From assembly GCA_963798845.1 (NCBI GenBank), contig CAWCUS010000002.1, positions 224,001 through 288,000 on the forward strand: DNA of 64,000 nt. Direction: 5' to 3'. Source of the stretch: an uncultured Gemmatimonadales bacterium (lineage in GTDB: Bacteria > Gemmatimonadota > Gemmatimonadetes > Longimicrobiales > RSA9). The notes beneath the pieces are model-generated. The model was not told where the DNA came from. It did not search any database and worked only from the letters and a program-made list of their open reading frames with translations. Of the stretch, positions 61,635-64,000 are shown piece after piece; position 1 is the stretch's first letter; each line of letters opens with the position of its first letter. Both the position numbers and the translations under genes were made by a program.

Positions 61635-61995
61635 AGGCGCCGTCACTGCTTCGGGTGTCGCCTCGCGATGCCCGGGTCCACGTGGCGCGGCACCTCTGCC
61701 TTTCGGAGGATTGACGGTCGTTTGACGCACCGTCGCTATCATTCCACGTGTCCGGGGCGGAACGGCACCGGACGCTGCAGCATCAACCCACCGGGGGATC
61801 CCGCCTCGCCCCGGCCGGCCTGTTCTCGGAGCACTTCCTGTTCCAGGTCGGCCGGGCGCGTTCCCACGGGCCAGGCCTCCGCGCTTTCCGCTCGACCGCA
61901 ACGGAAGCAGTCCCCGCGCTGCCCGCGTCAGAAAGTTCTCCGCGAAGGTCGCGAACCGTTATGTTGCTGCCCCGACGTTCATCGCACTTTCCCGC

Positions 61996-63669
61996 ATGGC
62001 CGACCATTTCATGGATCTCTTCTCCGACGCCGGGTCGGACGCCGGCCCCTCCCGTGCGCCAGCCGGATCCGGAATGCCGTCGGCGGCGCAGCGCGACCCG
62101 CTCACAGTGCTCCGGCAGGTGTTCGGCTTCGACTCGTTTCGTCCGGGGCAGGCGGAGGTGATCGCCGCGGTGCTCCGGGGGCGTGACTGCATCGCGGTCA
62201 TGCCGACCGGGGCCGGGAAGTCGCTGACGTTCCAGATTCCGGCGAGGCTCCTGCCGGGGACGGTGCTGGTGGTGTCGCCGCTGATCAGCCTGATGAAGGA
62301 CCAGGTCGATGCGCTGGGGGAGTGGGGCTTCCGGGCGACGGCGGTGAACTCGTCGCTGGATTGGGAGGAGCGGCTGCGTCGCCTGGACGGGATCCGGCGG
62401 GGGGATTACGAGCTGGTGTACCTGGCACCGGAGGCGCTGGACGGAGCGTTGCGGGAGGCGCTCGGAACGTGGCCGGTGTCGCTGCTCGTGGTGGACGAGG
62501 CGCACTGCATCTCCCAGTGGGGACACGATTTCCGGCCCAGCTACCGGCGCCTGAGCGGCCTCAGGCAGGAGCTCGGCGTTCCGGTGCTGGCGCTCACGGC
62601 CACGGCCACGCGCCGGGTCGCACGGGACATCCTGCGGCAGCTGGGGATGCAGAAGCCGGCCGGGTACAAGGGGTCGTTTTTCCGTCGCAACCTCCGGATC
62701 CACGTGCGGAAGAAGGGGCAGGGGGGCAACACGCGGCGGGAGATCCTGGCCCTGGTGCGGGAGCGGCTGGGGGAGAGCGGAATCGTGTACTGCCTGTCGC
62801 GGAAGGGGGTGGAGCAGACGGCCGGGTACCTGGCCGCCCACGGGATTCGCGCCTTGCCGTACCACGCGGGCATGCGCGACGAGGAACGGGCGGCGAACCA
62901 GGAAGCGTTCCAGAAGGACAATGCAGACGTGATCGTCGCGACGATCGCGTTCGGCATGGGGATCGACAAGTCGAACGTGCGCTTCGTGATCCACCGGGAC
63001 ATGCCGAAGGACGTGGAGAGCTGGTACCAGGAGATCGGCCGCGCCGGTCGCGACGGCCTTCGCTCCGACTGCTTCCTCTTCTATTCCTGGGCGGACGTGA
63101 AGATGCACGAGCGGTTCCTCGGCGACATCGAGGACGCCGCGCTTCGCGACCAGAAGCACCGCGCCACCGTCGACCTCTTCCAGCTGGTGGAGCGCGCGGA
63201 ATGTCGGCACCGGGCCATCGTGGCCCATTTCGACGAGGGCATCGACGACTGCGGTGACGCCTGCGACACCTGCCTGGGCGTCGCCGTCGAGGACCTGGCC
63301 GCCGACGCCATGCTCCGCCACGGGATCCGCCGCTCGCCTCGCCGCTCGGCGCGCTCCGTACGGGGTGCCGCGGGCCGGTCTCCCGCGCTGCCGCACGCGT
63401 CGGAACAGCCGGCCCCGTGGGATGAAGCCCCGCCCCCCGAGTTCGACCCTGCCGGCGACACGCTCTTCGGGAGACTCCGGGCGCTGCGCAAGCGGCTGGC
63501 GGACGAGCGCGGCGTCCCCGCCTACATCGTCTTCAACGACCGGGTCCTGCGAGCGATGGCGGACCAGCGACCGTCCACCGCGGCCGAGCTGCTGCGGATC
63601 TCCGGCGTCGGGCCGAAGAAGCTCGAGCGCTACGGGGAGGTGTTCCTGGAGGCGATCCGCGAAGGGTGA
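61996..63669 (+). CDS. recQ: ATP-dependent DNA helicase RecQ family
   Basis: [51 protein letters not shown], Zn motif CRH...CGDACDTC, C-terminal HRDC. Confidence 0.93.
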   Translation: MADHFMDLFSDAGSDAGPSRAPAGSGMPSAAQRDPLTVLRQVFGFDSFRPGQAEVIAAVLRGRDCIAVMPTGAGKSLTFQIPARLLPGTVLVVSPLISLMKDQVDALGEWGFRATAVNSSLDWEERLRRLDGIRRGDYELVYLAPEALDGALREALGTWPVSLLVVDEAHCISQWGHDFRPSYRRLSGLRQELGVPVLALTATATRRVARDILRQLGMQKPAGYKGSFFRRNLRIHVRKKGQGGNTRREILALVRERLGESGIVYCLSRKGVEQTAGYLAAHGIRALPYHAGMRDEERAANQEAFQKDNADVIVATIAFGMGIDKSNVRFVIHRDMPKDVESWYQEIGRAGRDGLRSDCFLFYSWADVKMHERFLGDIEDAALRDQKHRATVDLFQLVERAECRHRAIVAHFDEGIDDCGDACDTCLGVAVEDLAADAMLRHGIRRSPRRSARSVRGAAGRSPALPHASEQPAPWDEAPPPEFDPAGDTLFGRLRALRKRLADERGVPAYIVFNDRVLRAMADQRPSTAAELLRISGVGPKKLERYGEVFLEAIREG

Positions 63670-63799
63670 GCCCCGGAGGGAGGGCGCAAGTGCAGGAACG
63701 CCGCGACGACTCTCCCTTGTTCCGTCATTCCCCCGTACCCATCTTCGATCCCCGAAGCCCCCGCCCGCGCGGTTCCCACCCCCAGACGGAGAGCCGAAG

Positions 63800-64000
63800 A
63801 TGTCGCTGCCCCTGCCCCTGCCCGAGGCGCCGCACTCCCTGTGGCGCGAGACGTACGGCCCGTACTCGCCCGGCGCGCCGCTGGGGGAGGATCTGAGCGT
63901 CGACGTCGCCATCATCGGCGGCGGGTTCACGGGGCTGACCACGGCGTACGAGCTGCGGCGAGCGGACCCCGGGCTGTCGGTCGCGGTCCTGGAGGCGAGG
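63800..64000 (+). CDS. FAD-dependent oxidoreductase (DadA/PuuB-like), truncated by window end
   Basis: Translated by hand: MSLPLPLPEAPHSLWRE...DVAIIGGGFTGLTTAYELRRADPGLSVAVLEAR. Confidence 0.85.
   Translation, partial: MSLPLPLPEAPHSLWRETYGPYSPGAPLGEDLSVDVAIIGGGFTGLTTAYELRRADPGLSVAVLEAR

Noticed and set aside
61860..61920. SRP RNA (CCAGG...GGAAGCAG)
   Set aside because: The two halves are too far apart and lack the CAGG-NCC-GNRA-GG-AAGCAG helix 8 geometry.

Overview
A very GC-rich bacterial chromosomal segment of about 50 genes. Gene content and style are reminiscent of Gemmatimonadota, but that assignment is only an impression. It is mostly housekeeping and catabolic: uvrA, cysK, class I fumarase, gdhA, glpD, recQ, lysine 6-aminotransferase, trehalase, a sugar ABC transporter, an IorAB-type molybdoenzyme and many peptidases. 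I see no tRNA, rRNA, transposase, integrase or CRISPR array. The most notable items are: (1) a 700-bp intergenic region at 33.8-34.4 kb holding five co-oriented DnaA boxes next to an AT-richer tract (oriC candidate away from dnaA), plus a sigma70-type promoter driving a highly structured ~290-nt RNA; (2) a ~170-nt rod-like hairpin at 41.4 kb whose mismatches are largely G-U pairs on the + strand (6S-like), and further structured leaders at 45.5, 59.7 and 61.8 kb; (3) an endolysin-like M15 peptidase paired with a 1126-aa lipase/M17-N-like/CHAT caspase-like fusion, near a ComEC-type metallo-beta-lactamase gene (candidate conflict or lysis module); (4) two tandem arrays (21 bp x6 and 26 bp x~20) that each include a gene's stop codon, the second next to a collapsed pseudogene; (5) a one-base frameshift in an ABC exporter and a probable CTG start codon. 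All functional calls come from motif recognition by eye; no searches were run.
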